From Candidatus Marinacidobacterales bacterium (GTDB lineage Bacteria; Acidobacteriota; Vicinamibacteria; Marinacidobacterales; SMYC01): a stretch of 64,000 nt of DNA. The notes beneath the pieces are model-generated. The model was not told the origin of the DNA. It searched no databases and saw nothing but the letters and a program-made list of their open reading frames with translations. Positions 53,445 through 64,000 of the stretch are shown here, piece by piece. The stretch's first letter is position 1, and every line of letters begins with the position of its first letter. The position numbers and the translations under genes are program-made. Location: positions 864,001 to 928,000 of the forward strand of contig CBDCYI010000004.1 of the NCBI GenBank assembly GCA_965224085.1, in the 5' to 3' direction.

Positions 53445-53754
53445 AAGACGAGTGCTAAATCCTCGGCGAGCGCCATGAAGATACCATCGATGTGGATATG
53501 ACCGAACGGGAGCGGAACTTCGAGAAAATATTTAGCATCTCGGCCGAGCACCAGATCGCGCAACATGCGCGCTCCCGTCTCGTTTGCACGGTCGCAGAGC
53601 GACGCGACTACGGTGTCCTCTGGCTTTCCTCCTGGCTTTCCTCCTGCTCTCCTCCTGAAGACCGGCGTAACTTACTCGTTCCAGAGGACAAAGACAACGG
53701 CGTTTGGAGACCCCGGAGATTCGTTTCTATAATGCGATCGTCGAGGAGGTATCC

Positions 53755-55596
53755 ATGCCCACTTTCAGACACGTAAGTTCCCCTCTCCTACGAGGCCTGG
53801 TAGAAATGCCCGGCCGAAGAGTGGTAGGGGCAGCTTCGGTAGGCTTCCTGCTTCTTTGGACGACGAGCTTCGCGCATGCGCAGCAACAAGATCGGACCCC
53901 CACGTTCCGCACCGGAATATCGACGGTTCTCGTCGATACCTTGGCCCTCGACGCGGACGGGAATCCCGTGACGGGACTCACGCAAGACGACTTCGAGATC
54001 TTCGAGGACGGAGTTCCCCAGACGATTGTGACTTTCGACGTGACGGACTGGACCTCCTACGTCGCCGCCAAGACCGACGGCCTCCCCGCGACCGACGCCT
54101 CCTCCATCAACACCTACCCACGCCGCTTCGTGTTCGTCTTCAACCGGCAAGGCGCTCGTTTCGCCTGGCTGAACCGCGGCAAACGCGCGCTTCGGGAGTT
54201 CATCGTCGACTCGATGGCCGAAGGCGACGAGGCGATGGTGATCGAGAACGGCTACGCGTTCAAGATCGTTCAAGAGTTCCGCTCCACCAAGAAAAGTACG
54301 ATCGAAAGCGTCCGCTCTCTGAGCCAGATGGTCGTCGATTACCCGATGGGCGCGGATCGCGCAGCCGGACAGCTCTACCGAGATCTGGAATCGCTCGGCA
54401 AGAGCCTAGAGGCGATTCCCGGCCGCAAGGTGCTCGTGCTGCTCTCGAACGAGCTCACGACGTTCACGAGCCCGGGCTCACGACGATCGAGCGAAGCCCT
54501 CACGTTGGAGCGCGCAGCGACGGCGCTCAACCAAGCCAACACCACCGTCTACACCATCGACCTTCGTGGACCGGAGAGTAACCTGTCGCTCGCGGGAGGG
54601 CTCTTTCCCCTCGCCACCGGGACTGGCGGCCGCCACTTCCGTAACAGCATCGCGTTCGAAACGCCACTCCGGCAGGTCGGCAAAGAGAACCAACGCTACT
54701 ACCTCCTGAGCTATACCCCGTCGAACCCGGAGCTCGACGGTAGGTATCGCCGCATCGAGGTCAAGGTCCGCGAACCAGGCGTCGAGATCGTCGCAAGGCA
54801 AGGCTACGTCGCGCGCGAGCCCGCCACCGTCGTCGCCGACGTGGCCGAGGCGGAGGCGAAGAGCGAAGAAGTTGGGGACGACGAGACGCAGTCACGGGTA
54901 CTTCCCGACGCACTCGAGCTCACGAGCTATCTGTTGCCCACGGGCACAGGCTCCTCGCGCGTTCCCGTGAGCGTGGCGCTGCCGCCCGAGCTTCTCTCCG
55001 CCACAGAGGATCGCAAGCTCACCGTCACCATTTCTCAGGACGACGAAACGCTCCATACGTTCGAAGAATCGGTGAACTTACAGCGCTATTTTCTCGTCGA
55101 GAACGTGGAGCTCGACCCCGGGCTCTATCTCTTGCGCATTACCCTGACCGCGGACGGAGCGCAGCTCTACCAAGCTTCGACCGGGATCCAAGTGCCGGCC
55201 GGATTCGGCGAGCGCTTCGGCCTTTCGAGCATCGTACCGGTGGTCGCGCCGGGCGCCACGAATGCGATTTCGGGCGACATCCCGATCCTCCCAACAACGA
55301 GCTTGATACGAGGGGATGACGCCTACCTGCTTTTCCAGGTTTTCGCCGGTGTCGATCGCCCTTCACGCGAGGTCGAGCTCACCTATACGCTGTTCGATGA
55401 AGGCGATAACCCAATCGACTCAGGCGGCAAAGCCGGCCCGATGGCGCTTGGTGAAGACCGGCCCGGCGGGACGCCCGTCATCTTGCGGATTCCGATGAAC
55501 GAGCTCTCCCCTGGCCCCTACCGCGTTGACATCCGCATCGAGGATCGTTCGTTGGGCCGTCGCGCCGCGAGCGAGATCGAGCTCCGCATTCGCTAA
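53755..55596 (+). CDS. VWA domain protein (Acidobacteria VWFA-related type)
   Basis: PVTGL..DDFEIFEDGVPQ, IPGRK.LVLLS, TGG, YYLL.Y.P..DG.YR.I.V. Confidence 0.85.
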   Translation: MPTFRHVSSPLLRGLVEMPGRRVVGAASVGFLLLWTTSFAHAQQQDRTPTFRTGISTVLVDTLALDADGNPVTGLTQDDFEIFEDGVPQTIVTFDVTDWTSYVAAKTDGLPATDASSINTYPRRFVFVFNRQGARFAWLNRGKRALREFIVDSMAEGDEAMVIENGYAFKIVQEFRSTKKSTIESVRSLSQMVVDYPMGADRAAGQLYRDLESLGKSLEAIPGRKVLVLLSNELTTFTSPGSRRSSEALTLERAATALNQANTTVYTIDLRGPESNLSLAGGLFPLATGTGGRHFRNSIAFETPLRQVGKENQRYYLLSYTPSNPELDGRYRRIEVKVREPGVEIVARQGYVAREPATVVADVAEAEAKSEEVGDDETQSRVLPDALELTSYLLPTGTGSSRVPVSVALPPELLSATEDRKLTVTISQDDETLHTFEESVNLQRYFLVENVELDPGLYLLRITLTADGAQLYQASTGIQVPAGFGERFGLSSIVPVVAPGATNAISGDIPILPTTSLIRGDDAYLLFQVFAGVDRPSREVELTYTLFDEGDNPIDSGGKAGPMALGEDRPGGTPVILRIPMNELSPGPYRVDIRIEDRSLGRRAASEIELRIR

Positions 55597-55667
55597 ACCC
55601 GACTTTCTCTCCGCCCAGGGAGGACGACGCAACCGAATCTCGTCTGTACTCTTCAGGAGGAGAACAG

Positions 55668-56298
55668 ATGAGTAAAATCAACGCTATCGTACTGATCGCG
55701 TCTCTATCGGCAGGCACGGGCTCCGCGACGCCCATCATTCACGAGGTTTTCTACGACGCAATCGGCGCCGACACGAGCTCCGTATTCACGGAGCTTTATG
55801 GAAGCCCCGGGACCTCTTTCGACGGCTGGTCGCTCGTCGGCGTAAACGGCGCGAACGGAATGCCCTATCGCACCGTCGATCTCACGGGTGCCGTTATCCC
55901 AAGCGACCGGGTTCTGGTGCTCGCGACGGCGTCGGCCATAGGTAGCCTTCTCGCTGTGCGCGACTTCGTGGCGAACGTCGACTGGCAGAACGGCCCGGAC
56001 GCCGTGCTGCTTTATGACGCGTTTGGCGGGCTCGCGGACGCACTTCAATATGGTCACGCCGGCACCCATAACCGCGGCGCAGGAGCCCCGGCAGCGGACC
56101 CCCCGGCCGGTCTCGGGCTTACACGTGACGCACTGAGCACCGACACCGGCGACAACGCGACGGATTTCTTCGCGCTGCCGCCCACACCCGGTTTCCGCGC
56201 CGCCCCCACCCGCGTCTCCGAGCCGAACGTCTTCGGACTCGTCCTCCTGGCCGCGTGGGCCACCGCGCCGTCGTCGCCGTCCAGGGAGCGTCGAGTGA
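55668..56298 (+). pseudogene. Lamin-tail-like exported protein with frameshifted PEP-CTERM-like sorting signal
   Basis: IHEVFYD..G.D, WQNGPD, D..DN..DF...PTPG, VSEP plus hydrophobic stretch; RRRRR tail and stop lie in the +1 frame. Confidence 0.6.
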
Positions 56299-56308
56299 GC
56301 GGGTCCCT

Positions 56309-56451
56309 TCAATTGGCTGCCTTGGAGCCGCCAATACGATTCCGAATCGCGGCCCTCTCTTCGGGCGTAATCGGACGATCGGGTTGTGAAGTCACACGCG
56401 TGTGGATGGCGCGAAACTCCTCAACCAACTCCGGACTGTCCATAAAAAAAG
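56309..56451 (-). pseudogene. Probable C-terminal end of the cupin gene that starts at 58750
   Basis: FFMDSPELVEEFRAIH...* abuts the IS1595 end on the same strand as the cupin N-part. Confidence 0.5.
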
Positions 56452-56470
56452 GGTGAATTATAAGTAAACC

Positions 56471-56499
56471 TTGACAAGGACTGCCCATTAGAATACCCT
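56471..56499 (+). promoter_or_regulatory. Sigma70-like promoter reading inward from the left IR
   Basis: TTGACA-17 bp-TACCCT. Confidence 0.7.
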
Positions 56500-56505
56500 T
56501 CCCAC

Positions 56506-56646
56506 CGTCACACGAACGCGTGCGGCTCAACTATCGGGTCACTCGCTGAATACAATACCCTCCCCATAGGGAAATAGGCGAGATCCTGCTTGCTACCGCA
56601 TGCGTTTCGTGTGACGACTGGCCCGGTGACCAATTCACCGGGCCAG
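56506..56646 (+). ncRNA. Putative structured leader RNA, copy 2
   Basis: Stem cgtcacacgaacgcgtgcgg / ccgcatgcgtttcgtgtgacg; hairpin ctggcccggtga-ccaat-tcaccgggccag. Confidence 0.65.
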
Positions 56647-56671
56647 TAATCCACGAAAGGACGCTTCGAGA

Positions 56672-56858
56672 ATGCTCATGCGGAGATCAGCATTGTTTCT
56701 ACTTATAGGTGTATTGGCTGGCTGTGGCGATGAGGGCGATAGTACACCAACGTCCCCAGCGCCGGCACCAACCACAACTCGTCAACCAACGCCAAGGCCA
56801 GCGCCAGCACCCAGACGCCCAGCCGATATCAGCTTGGCCGGTGAATACGAATGCACTA
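56672..56858 (+). pseudogene. Passenger lipoprotein N-terminus, cut by an IS200 fragment
   Basis: MRRSALFLLIGVLAGCGDEGDSTPTSPAPAPTTTRQP, near-identical to the 38870 ORF start. Confidence 0.8.
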
Positions 56859-57113
56859 GTGAACAACCACCGCCTAGAAGGCGGTGGCTTCAAGGGCTGT
56901 CAATTGGAAATTGACTGTCGTCGTGAAGAGGCTCGCCATCCTGGGAGTCTATGTACTCCTTTACCATCTCGTCCGTTATGCTTCCTGAACTCACCGCCAG
57001 ATATCCTCGGGCCCAGAAGTGCCGGCCCCAAAACTTCTTCCTCAGGTGAGCAAACTCCTGAAGGAGTACTCGGGAGCTTATTCCTTTTAGCCACTGCACG
57101 ATCGTACTCAGGT
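56859..57113 (-). mobile_element. tnpA: Truncated copy of the 16638 IS200 element (right end and tnpA 3' part)
   Basis: Appears identical by eye to 16638-16892. Confidence 0.92.
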
Positions 57114-57349
57114 TCGACGAGAAGTACGGGTTCAGGCAAGGAGAGATAATCGACGACATCGAAAAAGTGTCGGGTAAAATCGACGGGCTGTCGTCAAAGC
57201 TCGACGCGATGGGTCACCGGTTCAGCACCCTTGAGCACAATTTTGGAGTATTCGGTCAGAAGCTAGACCTCATTGGGCCGTAGGACCGAGAAGATGGATA
57301 AGCGGCTCGAACGCGTAGAGGACCGGGTCGGTAACATCAAGGTGAAGCT

Positions 57350-57541
57350 ATGAGACCACCGATGATCATCCCCGAGCGCGACCTGGCCGGCGCCACGCCG
57401 GAGAGATTGGCCCGCGCGTTGCTGAGTCCCTTACGACCTCGCCATCGAACTGAGCCCGTTCTTGGCGACGAGGTCACGGTAGAGAAGTCGGTGTCCGACA
57501 AGCCGAGCGACGGTGTCGAGCATTTGGTCGAGAGTTCCTAG
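57350..57541 (+). CDS. Small ORF convergent with and overlapping the IS1595 transposase 3' end
   Basis: MRPPMIIPERDLAGATPERLARALL; related start also present at 40140. Confidence 0.5.
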   Translation: MRPPMIIPERDLAGATPERLARALLSPLRPRHRTEPVLGDEVTVEKSVSDKPSDGVEHLVESS

Positions 57542-58411
57542 GTCGCGGATGTTGTGCTTCTCAGCGAACTCATTAACGTAGCGTTGTAAGTGCTTGGGGC
57601 TCATCTTGTGGAACGCCCCCTTGTGCGCCCGCTTGAGCATCGACCAGAAGCTCTCAATCCCGTTGGTGTGCACCATTCCGTTGACGTACTCTTTGACGCT
57701 GTGCTTCACCGTCTCGTGATTGGGTAGACCGACATAGCCTCTGTGGTCGTCGGTGTAGAGCTTCGCGCTAGGATCGACATTCTTCGCGACGAAGCCTTGG
57801 AGCGTCGGTTGGTCGGTGTTGCCGATGACCTCGGCGCTGACACGGTTCGTCCGGCGGTCCTTCGCGCCGATGACGGCCGTCTTCCCTGCGGATCCTCGGC
57901 CCTTAATAGCCTGCTCGCGCTTGTGGGCGTGCTGCATGTTGCGAGCCTTCCCGCCGAAGAAGGTTTCGTCTACCTCGACAGGCCCGGCGAACGATTTGCC
58001 GTTAGGACCGCTCCACGCTTCTCGAATCCGATGGAGCATGAACCAAGCCGCGGCCTGTGAGACGCCGATGTCTCGGTGGAGCTTCATGCTCGAGACGCCT
58101 TTGAGACTAGTCAAGCAGAGGTAGATGGCGATAACCCATTTGCGGAGCGCGATCTTAGAATGGGCAATAGGGGTGCCCGTGCGAACGCTGAAGTAGCTCC
58201 GGCAGGTGGAGCACCAGTAGGGCATCGGCTTTTCGTTCGGGACTTCGCTGGTGCTGAGGCTACCGCAATGTCCGCAGCACCGAGTGCCATGCCAGATTGC
58301 AGCCTCGAACCATTTGGTTGCCGCTTCATCGGTCGGGAACATGTCCATGAGCTGAACAACGGTTATGCCTTCCCGGTGCCCTCGCCCTGGGGAGTTGTAT
58401 CGCGTCATCAT
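57431..58411 (-). CDS. IS1595 (ISXO2-like) transposase
   Basis: CGHCG..CSTC, VEVDETFFGG, YTDD, VHTNGIESFWSMLKR. Confidence 0.95.
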   Translation of the reverse strand: MMTRYNSPGRGHREGITVVQLMDMFPTDEAATKWFEAAIWHGTRCCGHCGSLSTSEVPNEKPMPYWCSTCRSYFSVRTGTPIAHSKIALRKWVIAIYLCLTSLKGVSSMKLHRDIGVSQAAAWFMLHRIREAWSGPNGKSFAGPVEVDETFFGGKARNMQHAHKREQAIKGRGSAGKTAVIGAKDRRTNRVSAEVIGNTDQPTLQGFVAKNVDPSAKLYTDDHRGYVGLPNHETVKHSVKEYVNGMVHTNGIESFWSMLKRAHKGAFHKMSPKHLQRYVNEFAEKHNIRDLGTLDQMLDTVARLVGHRLLYRDLVAKNGLSSMARS

Positions 58412-58465
58412 GATCGTAGAATACACGATCACGGGTGCCTTGTCAATCGTTTCTTATAATTCCCC

Positions 58466-58750
58466 ATAAAAGAGCTCATCGCCTTGGTCGTGAATGTGGA
58501 GATTCGTTGTCCCGCCCCTCTGGAAAGTTTGCTCCACTAGAATAGAGCCCATCGTCCCAGTCTTCGGCGACGCCTTAACCACAATGCCGTTCAGCAAGGC
58601 TTCGCCGCCTCCTACTTTGAGAATAAACCCTTTGGCGGGAGTCGACGACGGTGACGTCGGTTCTGGCTCGCGAGCAGCCTGCGTGGCAGGCTCTTCGCTA
58701 CACGCTGCAGAGCCAAAAAAAGCGGCTGCGATTAGCATGTGTCGCATCAT
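58466..58750 (-). pseudogene. Cupin-domain lipoprotein, N-part cut by IS1595
   Basis: Lipobox SAAC; cupin motif 1 LHIHDQGDELFY, then IS end. Confidence 0.75.
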
Positions 58751-58911
58751 TCGTCTTCCTCCTCAGAGTGCTGAAATCGCGTTGGTAGCCACCGGGCATC
58801 GAGGCTCAACGTCGCGTGGGAAGTTTTCAGCGCGCGTCGCCTCCGAGTGAACTTGACCGGCTCGGAATTGTCGACTGTGTCAAGGAGGACCAAATCGTTA
58901 GGGAAGCGTCC

Positions 58912-60162
58912 CTACCGCAGCCCAGACCCGTCAGACCCGGATATCCCGAAGCGGTGCACGACGGCGTCGTCCTCTCCCCGCACCGTAATGACCACCGGTG
59001 CGTCGCGTTCCAGGCGCCCGCGGGCGTCGCCGAACGTTTCGATGCGGATCGTGAGTCCCGCGACATCGAGGATCTCGATCGCTGGCGTCTCGCTCAAATC
59101 ACCCACTTCACCGAGGCGGGCACCTTCACGCGCCACCGGATCGGAGAACCAGATCCCGACGTCGACCTCGAGGGGTGGTGCCTCGCCGAACAGGAGTTTC
59201 CCTCCCCTGAGGATGATGTCGTGCTCGATGCCATCGTTTTGCGGAAGCCTCTCATAAAGCGACGGGTCCGCTTGACGGTAGCTCTCGGTGCCTATCGCGT
59301 CGAGCGCTTCCAGAATCGTGAGCACGTTGAGGGCGCGCAGGTCCTGTTTCTGGGGATCCCCGCGAAGTGCGCCCGACTCGATGAGCACCGTGCTCGTGCC
59401 CCAAGCTTGCATCAAATCGCCGAATGCGCGCGGGTTGAACGTGTCGTCATATTTCGCGATGTGGCCGCCGATCGTCGGCTCTAGAACGGAGACAATCGTC
59501 GCGGCGACCAGTCGGGCGCGCGCGCGCACGTCTCCGTAGATGCGGGCTTCGTTTGCGGCGGGTGCGAGGAGCGCAATCGCGACTTGGCCACCGTTTTTAC
59601 CGGCGAGGGTGCGGGCGTTCTGGTCGTGGAGGTTGAAACCGAAATCAGGCTCGAGGCAGTCACGAAGCTCTTTGAGAGTTTGGCCTTCCGGGGTCGCGAG
59701 ACGGCGCGCGTCGCGGTTGATGTCGACCCCGATCGCGTTACCGCGGGCGAAAACCTCGGCGCCGTCGGGGTTGAGCATCGGCACCAGTGTGATGCTCAGA
59801 TTTCGTTGCAAACGCTCCCTGAGAGGCTCACGCTCACCCTCGGCGAAAAAGCGCACGATATCGACGAGCGCCATCGTGGCCGTGGCCTCGTCGCCATGCA
59901 TTTGCGACCACAGCAGCACCTTCGTCTCGCCTTCGCCAAAGTGCAGCGCTCGAATGGCACGGCCTTGTAGCGAACGGCCGATCTCCTCGACACGGATCGC
60001 CTCCAACGAGATGTAACGTGCCAGCACGTCCCAGAGCTTTTCGTGGTTGAAGCGGCGTTGTTCGAGTCCGGAGGCACGAAAGCGCGTAGCCACGTCTGTT
60101 CCGTTCATCGGAGCGGCTCAACCAAAGCACAGAAGCGTCAGAAGCCAGTAGGCGCCCCTCAT
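58912..60162 (-). CDS. M14 zinc carboxypeptidase family protein; in-frame TGA in the signal peptide
   Basis: QMHGDE, PMLNPDG, DINRD, FNLHDQ, LIESG; upstream MRGAYWLLTLLCFG*AAP. Confidence 0.8.
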
Positions 60163-60971
60163 GCCTCGCGCTCCACGGGCATGATGAGACAGGTCGGGCC
60201 CCCGGCGCCTTTGCGAAATTCCGACAAGTCGACGCCGTGGACTTGAACGCCGCGACTATCGAGCACATCCATCGTCTCCTGATTCTCAGCTTCGTTCGCG
60301 ATGACCTCGTTCGGCGCCAGGCAAATGACATTCCCCGTCGACGGGCCTTTCTTGTCCACTTCGATCACATCGAACCCTTTGAGAAAACCCTGCGGGTAGT
60401 CGTCGCGCACGACGAGCAAACGATCCGGCGCTACGACGCTCACCGCACCGCCGAGGTGCAGATAGCCGGCGACGCCGGTGACACGCACTTCGTAGCCCAT
60501 TTTCTGAACAAGCTCCGAAATCTGCTGTACGCCGCTTTCGTTCGTTCGGACCGAATGGCCGACGAAGGCCACGCCGCCATGGATGGTGACGTCGCCTCCC
60601 TCCACCGTCCCAGGTGCTTCGATCTCCCCCGCGCAAGCCTCGCCGTGCTCTTCGAGCACCGCGCCGAGCCATGCTTCCTCCCCGCGCCGTGTGTCGATTC
60701 CCATTCGGAGCTTGATGTAGCCCTGCGGCGTCATGAGCGACACGTCGCGCGTGAACACGGAGTTCGGATGGCCTTCGAGCTCTGGGGCGTCGATGACCTC
60801 GGGGCCGCGCGACGCCAGCTTCTCTTGGAGAGCCGCGTGTTGCGCGATCGTCACGTCGCGGTCCGCGACCTCGTTCATGTTGTGGGCGTCGGTATCGGAG
60901 ACCTTGAAATATTCCTCTCTCGGGGTCGAGACGACGACTCGGGTGAGCCGCTCACCCTCATTCCTCAGCAT
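60159..60971 (-). CDS. Amidinotransferase / dimethylargininase family protein
   Basis: PNSVFTRD, EGGD, RTN..G, LHL, GGPTC. Confidence 0.88.
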   Translation of the reverse strand: MLRNEGERLTRVVVSTPREEYFKVSDTDAHNMNEVADRDVTIAQHAALQEKLASRGPEVIDAPELEGHPNSVFTRDVSLMTPQGYIKLRMGIDTRRGEEAWLGAVLEEHGEACAGEIEAPGTVEGGDVTIHGGVAFVGHSVRTNESGVQQISELVQKMGYEVRVTGVAGYLHLGGAVSVVAPDRLLVVRDDYPQGFLKGFDVIEVDKKGPSTGNVICLAPNEVIANEAENQETMDVLDSRGVQVHGVDLSEFRKGAGGPTCLIMPVEREA

Positions 60972-60998
60972 CCTTTTCCTCCAGCAGCTTAAAGACAC

Positions 60999-62000
60999 TT
61001 ACTGGACAACGAGGAGCCTCTCGATCATGCGGCGCGCTGCGATCGGCCCCTGATCGACGCGGAGGTTCACGATGGTTACGTCGGGAGGATCCGCGTCCAT
61101 GTTCCGCTGCTGCGCTTCGAGCATTTCGGTATCCTCGAGCGCCGTCCGGTAGACTTCGTCCATCATGACTTTAGTGAGCTTTTCGTCGTCGAGCTCGAAG
61201 TTGCGGTAGAAGCACAGAAACTGGTGATGGGACTTCTCCGTCTCGGGTGTAATCGGGCTCAGTACGATCATTCGCCGCTCTTCGCTCGGCTCGCGGACTC
61301 CGGCCGGGCGCACGCTCATCTCGAGCAAACAATAGCCAGGCGGCCAGAAATGGATGACTTGCTCCCGGTCGGCCATCTCGAAGCCCATGATCTTGATGAA
61401 GGTCGACGGATTCTTGACATTCTTGAATCCGCGGCTCACGGCCACGTGGTTGTCTTCGATCAACGTGTCCGGGAGCATGTAGGGCACGTAATCCGTGCCG
61501 ACCGTCCGTGAGTGCAGGTAGGACGCATGCGTAAGGTCGAGCACGTTCTCCGTGATGAGCATCGCGCTTGAGCGCGTGTGAATCATCACGCCGTCACCAG
61601 CCCAATCTGAATCCGTCTGAATCGCATATTGCGTCGGGATCGCGTCCAGGTCGGCGGCGGCGGGATCGCCCATCCAAATCCAGAGAAACCCGTAGCGCTC
61701 GATAAGGGGGAAAGCTCTCGTATGCGCCGCGTTCTGGATGTGATCCTGACCGGGGACATGCGTACAGGCACCGTCGGGACCGAAGCGCATGCCGTGATAG
61801 GCGCACTGCACGTCGTCGCCGATGAGTTGTCCAAGTGAGAGCGGCGCGCGCCGATGCGGGCATCGGTCGTCCATTGCGACCGCTCTCCCATCTTCGGTGC
61901 GATACATCAGAACGGGAACGTCGAGAATCCGCCGCGCGAACGGTGCCCGCGCGACTTCGTAGCTCCACGCAGAAACGTACCAATAGTTTTTCAGAAACAT
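60999..62000 (-). CDS. Rieske non-heme iron oxygenase alpha subunit (VanA-like)
   Basis: CPH..CAYHG, ENVLDLTHASYLH, ED..MLEAQQ. Confidence 0.9.
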   Translation of the reverse strand: MFLKNYWYVSAWSYEVARAPFARRILDVPVLMYRTEDGRAVAMDDRCPHRRAPLSLGQLIGDDVQCAYHGMRFGPDGACTHVPGQDHIQNAAHTRAFPLIERYGFLWIWMGDPAAADLDAIPTQYAIQTDSDWAGDGVMIHTRSSAMLITENVLDLTHASYLHSRTVGTDYVPYMLPDTLIEDNHVAVSRGFKNVKNPSTFIKIMGFEMADREQVIHFWPPGYCLLEMSVRPAGVREPSEERRMIVLSPITPETEKSHHQFLCFYRNFELDDEKLTKVMMDEVYRTALEDTEMLEAQQRNMDADPPDVTIVNLRVDQGPIAARRMIERLLVVQ

Positions 62001-62128
62001 CGCGCTATCTTACTACTTGAGATATTTCAAGAGCTCTTCCTTATAAGCGGTTGCCGCCGTGGTCTGGCGAATACCGCTATCGATTTCATGAGTCCAACTC
62101 CCATGGAGTAATGGAGTAGCATTCTACG

Positions 62129-62483
62129 ATGTTCGGAGCGCAAAAGCTGCTTGTCGGGGTGATCCACCTTCCGCCGCTCCCCGGCTACCCCGAGAGTCCC
62201 GGAATGGACGCGGTCCTCGACAAAGCGCTCGCCGATCTTCGCGCACTCGAAACCGGCCCTGTCGAAGCCGCTCTCGTCGAGAACGAGAACGACAAGCCGC
62301 ACCGCGTTGTGGCGGCGCGCGAAACGATCGCGGCGATGACAAAGCGACATCCAGCCGAGCGAGAGTAAGCCCTACCTGATCGTCTCGAGCGAGCTCGACA
62401 CACGGCGGCTCGTCACCTACTGCCATACCGCGTCCGACGCCTTCGTTCCCGACTTGATGCGGCGGATACTCGACGTCCCGTAA
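62129..62483 (+). pseudogene. BtpA/SgcQ family N-terminus fused by deletion to an unrelated C-terminal remnant
   Basis: GVIHLPPLPGYP, VENENDKP, IAAMT, then similarity is lost. Confidence 0.75.
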
Positions 62484-62492
62484 TTTGAGAGT

Positions 62493-63569
62493 TTAAGCCT
62501 CGACTTCTTCTTTGGCGTCCGCTTTTTCGGAAATCGGCACCTTTTCGGAGATTGGCCCTTCTCCGGGCTTCACGGTCACCGGGTCGAGAAACGGCATCAT
62601 CTTCCGGAGCTCAGCGCCGACACGCTCGATCAGGTGGTCCTGCTCAATCAAGCGGGTCTCGTTGAACCACGGGCGGCCGCTCTCGTTTTCCTCGATCCAC
62701 TTCTTGGCATAGGTGCCGTCGCGGATCTCGTCGAGGACGCGCTTCATCTCCTTGCGAGTCTCGTCGGTGATGACGCGCGGCCCGCCCGTGTAGTCCCCAT
62801 GCTCCGCGGTATCGGAGACGGAGTACCGCATGTAGTTCACGCCGCCGCGATACATAAGATCCACGATCAGCTTCAGCTCGTGCAGACATTCGAAATAAGC
62901 CATTTCCGGCTGATAGCCCGCTTCTACGAGCGTGTCGAAGCCCGCTTTTACAAGATGGCTCACGCCGCCGCAGAGAACCGTCTGCTCGCCGAACAGATCC
63001 GTCTCCGTCTCTTCTCCGAAAGTCGTCTCCAAAACGCCCGCGCGGCTTCCGCCAATCCCCATCGCGTAGGAAAGCCCGAATTCCTTCGCGTTTCCCGACA
63101 CGTCTTGATGGATGGCGAGAAGAACCGGCGTGCCTTCGCCGTCGACATAAGTCTCGCGGACGCTGTGGCCCGGCGCTTTCGGAGCGATCATCGAAACGTC
63201 CACGTCGTCGGGTGGCACGATGGTCTTGTAGTGAATGCTGAAGCCGTGGGCGAACATGAGCGTGTTGCCAGCCGTCAAGCCCGGCTCGATCTCCTCTTTG
63301 TAGATCTTCGGCTGCTTCGTGTCGGGTGCGAGCACCATGACCACATCGGCCCAATCGGCGACCTCCGCGACGCTCCCCACCTGAAGACCGTCCGCTTCGA
63401 CCTTCGCCCGGCTGCGGCTATCGGAACGAAGCCCGACGCGTACCTCGACCCCGCTATCCTTCAAGTTCAACGCATGCGCGTGGCCTTGCGAGCCATAGCC
63501 GATGACGGCGACTTTCTTTCCTCGCACGATCGCGAGATCGGCGTCTTTGTCGTAGTAAATCGTTGCCAT
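62493..63569 (-). CDS. ilvC: Ketol-acid reductoisomerase
   Basis: [31 protein letters not shown]. Confidence 0.97.
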   Translation of the reverse strand: MATIYYDKDADLAIVRGKKVAVIGYGSQGHAHALNLKDSGVEVRVGLRSDSRSRAKVEADGLQVGSVAEVADWADVVMVLAPDTKQPKIYKEEIEPGLTAGNTLMFAHGFSIHYKTIVPPDDVDVSMIAPKAPGHSVRETYVDGEGTPVLLAIHQDVSGNAKEFGLSYAMGIGGSRAGVLETTFGEETETDLFGEQTVLCGGVSHLVKAGFDTLVEAGYQPEMAYFECLHELKLIVDLMYRGGVNYMRYSVSDTAEHGDYTGGPRVITDETRKEMKRVLDEIRDGTYAKKWIEENESGRPWFNETRLIEQDHLIERVGAELRKMMPFLDPVTVKPGEGPISEKVPISEKADAKEEVEA

Positions 63570-64000
63570 TTAAACCACTCCTTCGTGTGCAAGTTCCTCG
63601 GCAGTCGTTTGTTCGCGTGCCATCGCTACCCGTCCCGTACGCGCGAGCCCTAGAATGCCAAAAGGCCGCAGCACTTCCACAAGCCGATTGATTTTGTCCT
63701 CGGTTCCCGTAATCTCGAAAATCAAAGCGTCTGGGCTCACATCCACGACCCGGGCCCGAAACACTTCCGCAACCTGCATGACCTCCGCCCGCCGTTGGTG
63801 GCCGGCCCGAACCTTGATAAGAGCCAGATCGCGAGTGACGGACGGGACGTTCGAGACGTCTTCGACGTCCAGAACATTCACCAGCTTATACAAATTCGCT
63901 TCGACGAGTCGAGCCGTGCGGTCATCGGCATTCATGACGATCGTGATGTGGGAGACGCCCGGGCGGTCCGTATGCCCGACAGCTAGCGACTCGATGTTGT
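63570..64000 (-). CDS. ilvN: Acetolactate synthase small subunit (5' end beyond the window)
   Basis: NIESLAVG, KLVNV..V, DLALIKV, EITG..DKI, ARTG; upstream of ilvC. Confidence 0.93.
   Translation of the reverse strand, partial: NIESLAVGHTDRPGVSHITIVMNADDRTARLVEANLYKLVNVLDVEDVSNVPSVTRDLALIKVRAGHQRRAEVMQVAEVFRARVVDVSPDALIFEITGTEDKINRLVEVLRPFGILGLARTGRVAMAREQTTAEELAHEGVV

Larger units (their letters stand above)
56452..58465 (-). mobile_element. Second IS1595-family passenger-carrying element (internally damaged, no TSD)
   Basis: Imperfect IRs GGTGAATTATAAGTAAACCTTGACAAGG / GGGGAATTATAAGAAACGATTGACAAGG. Confidence 0.88.

Noticed and set aside
60118-60120. Selenocysteine recoding of TGA
   Set aside because: The position is in a signal peptide, not a catalytic site; no evident SECIS

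Overview
High-GC bacterial DNA, probably Acidobacteriota (inferred from an ADOP-type permease, an Acidobacteria-type VWA protein, a DUF1501/DUF1800 pair and tandem kinase/PD40 genes). Ordinary metabolic, transport and signalling genes (fur, ytxJ, yfiT, two Tat-signal aminotransferases, tctABC-like with prpD-like, amidase, ilvC/ilvN) are mixed with many mobile elements: three IS200 pieces, IS1-like, IS256, IS1634, ISNCY, two passenger-carrying IS1595 elements and a nested group II twintron. Many genes are broken by deletions. Main observations: (1) two divergent IS1595 elements share a cassette of a sigma70 promoter whose -35 box lies in the terminal IR, a ~145-nt covarying structured leader RNA starting at the predicted +1, and a lipoprotein with a constant N-terminus; (2) a complete group II intron sits inside a second intron, which sits in an IS256 terminal IR, with EBS1/IBS1 matches visible for both; (3) two genes have internally scrambled blocks, and one reassembles into an in-frame ORF through three AC/GT junctions. 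All annotation is by eye; no searches or folding were run.
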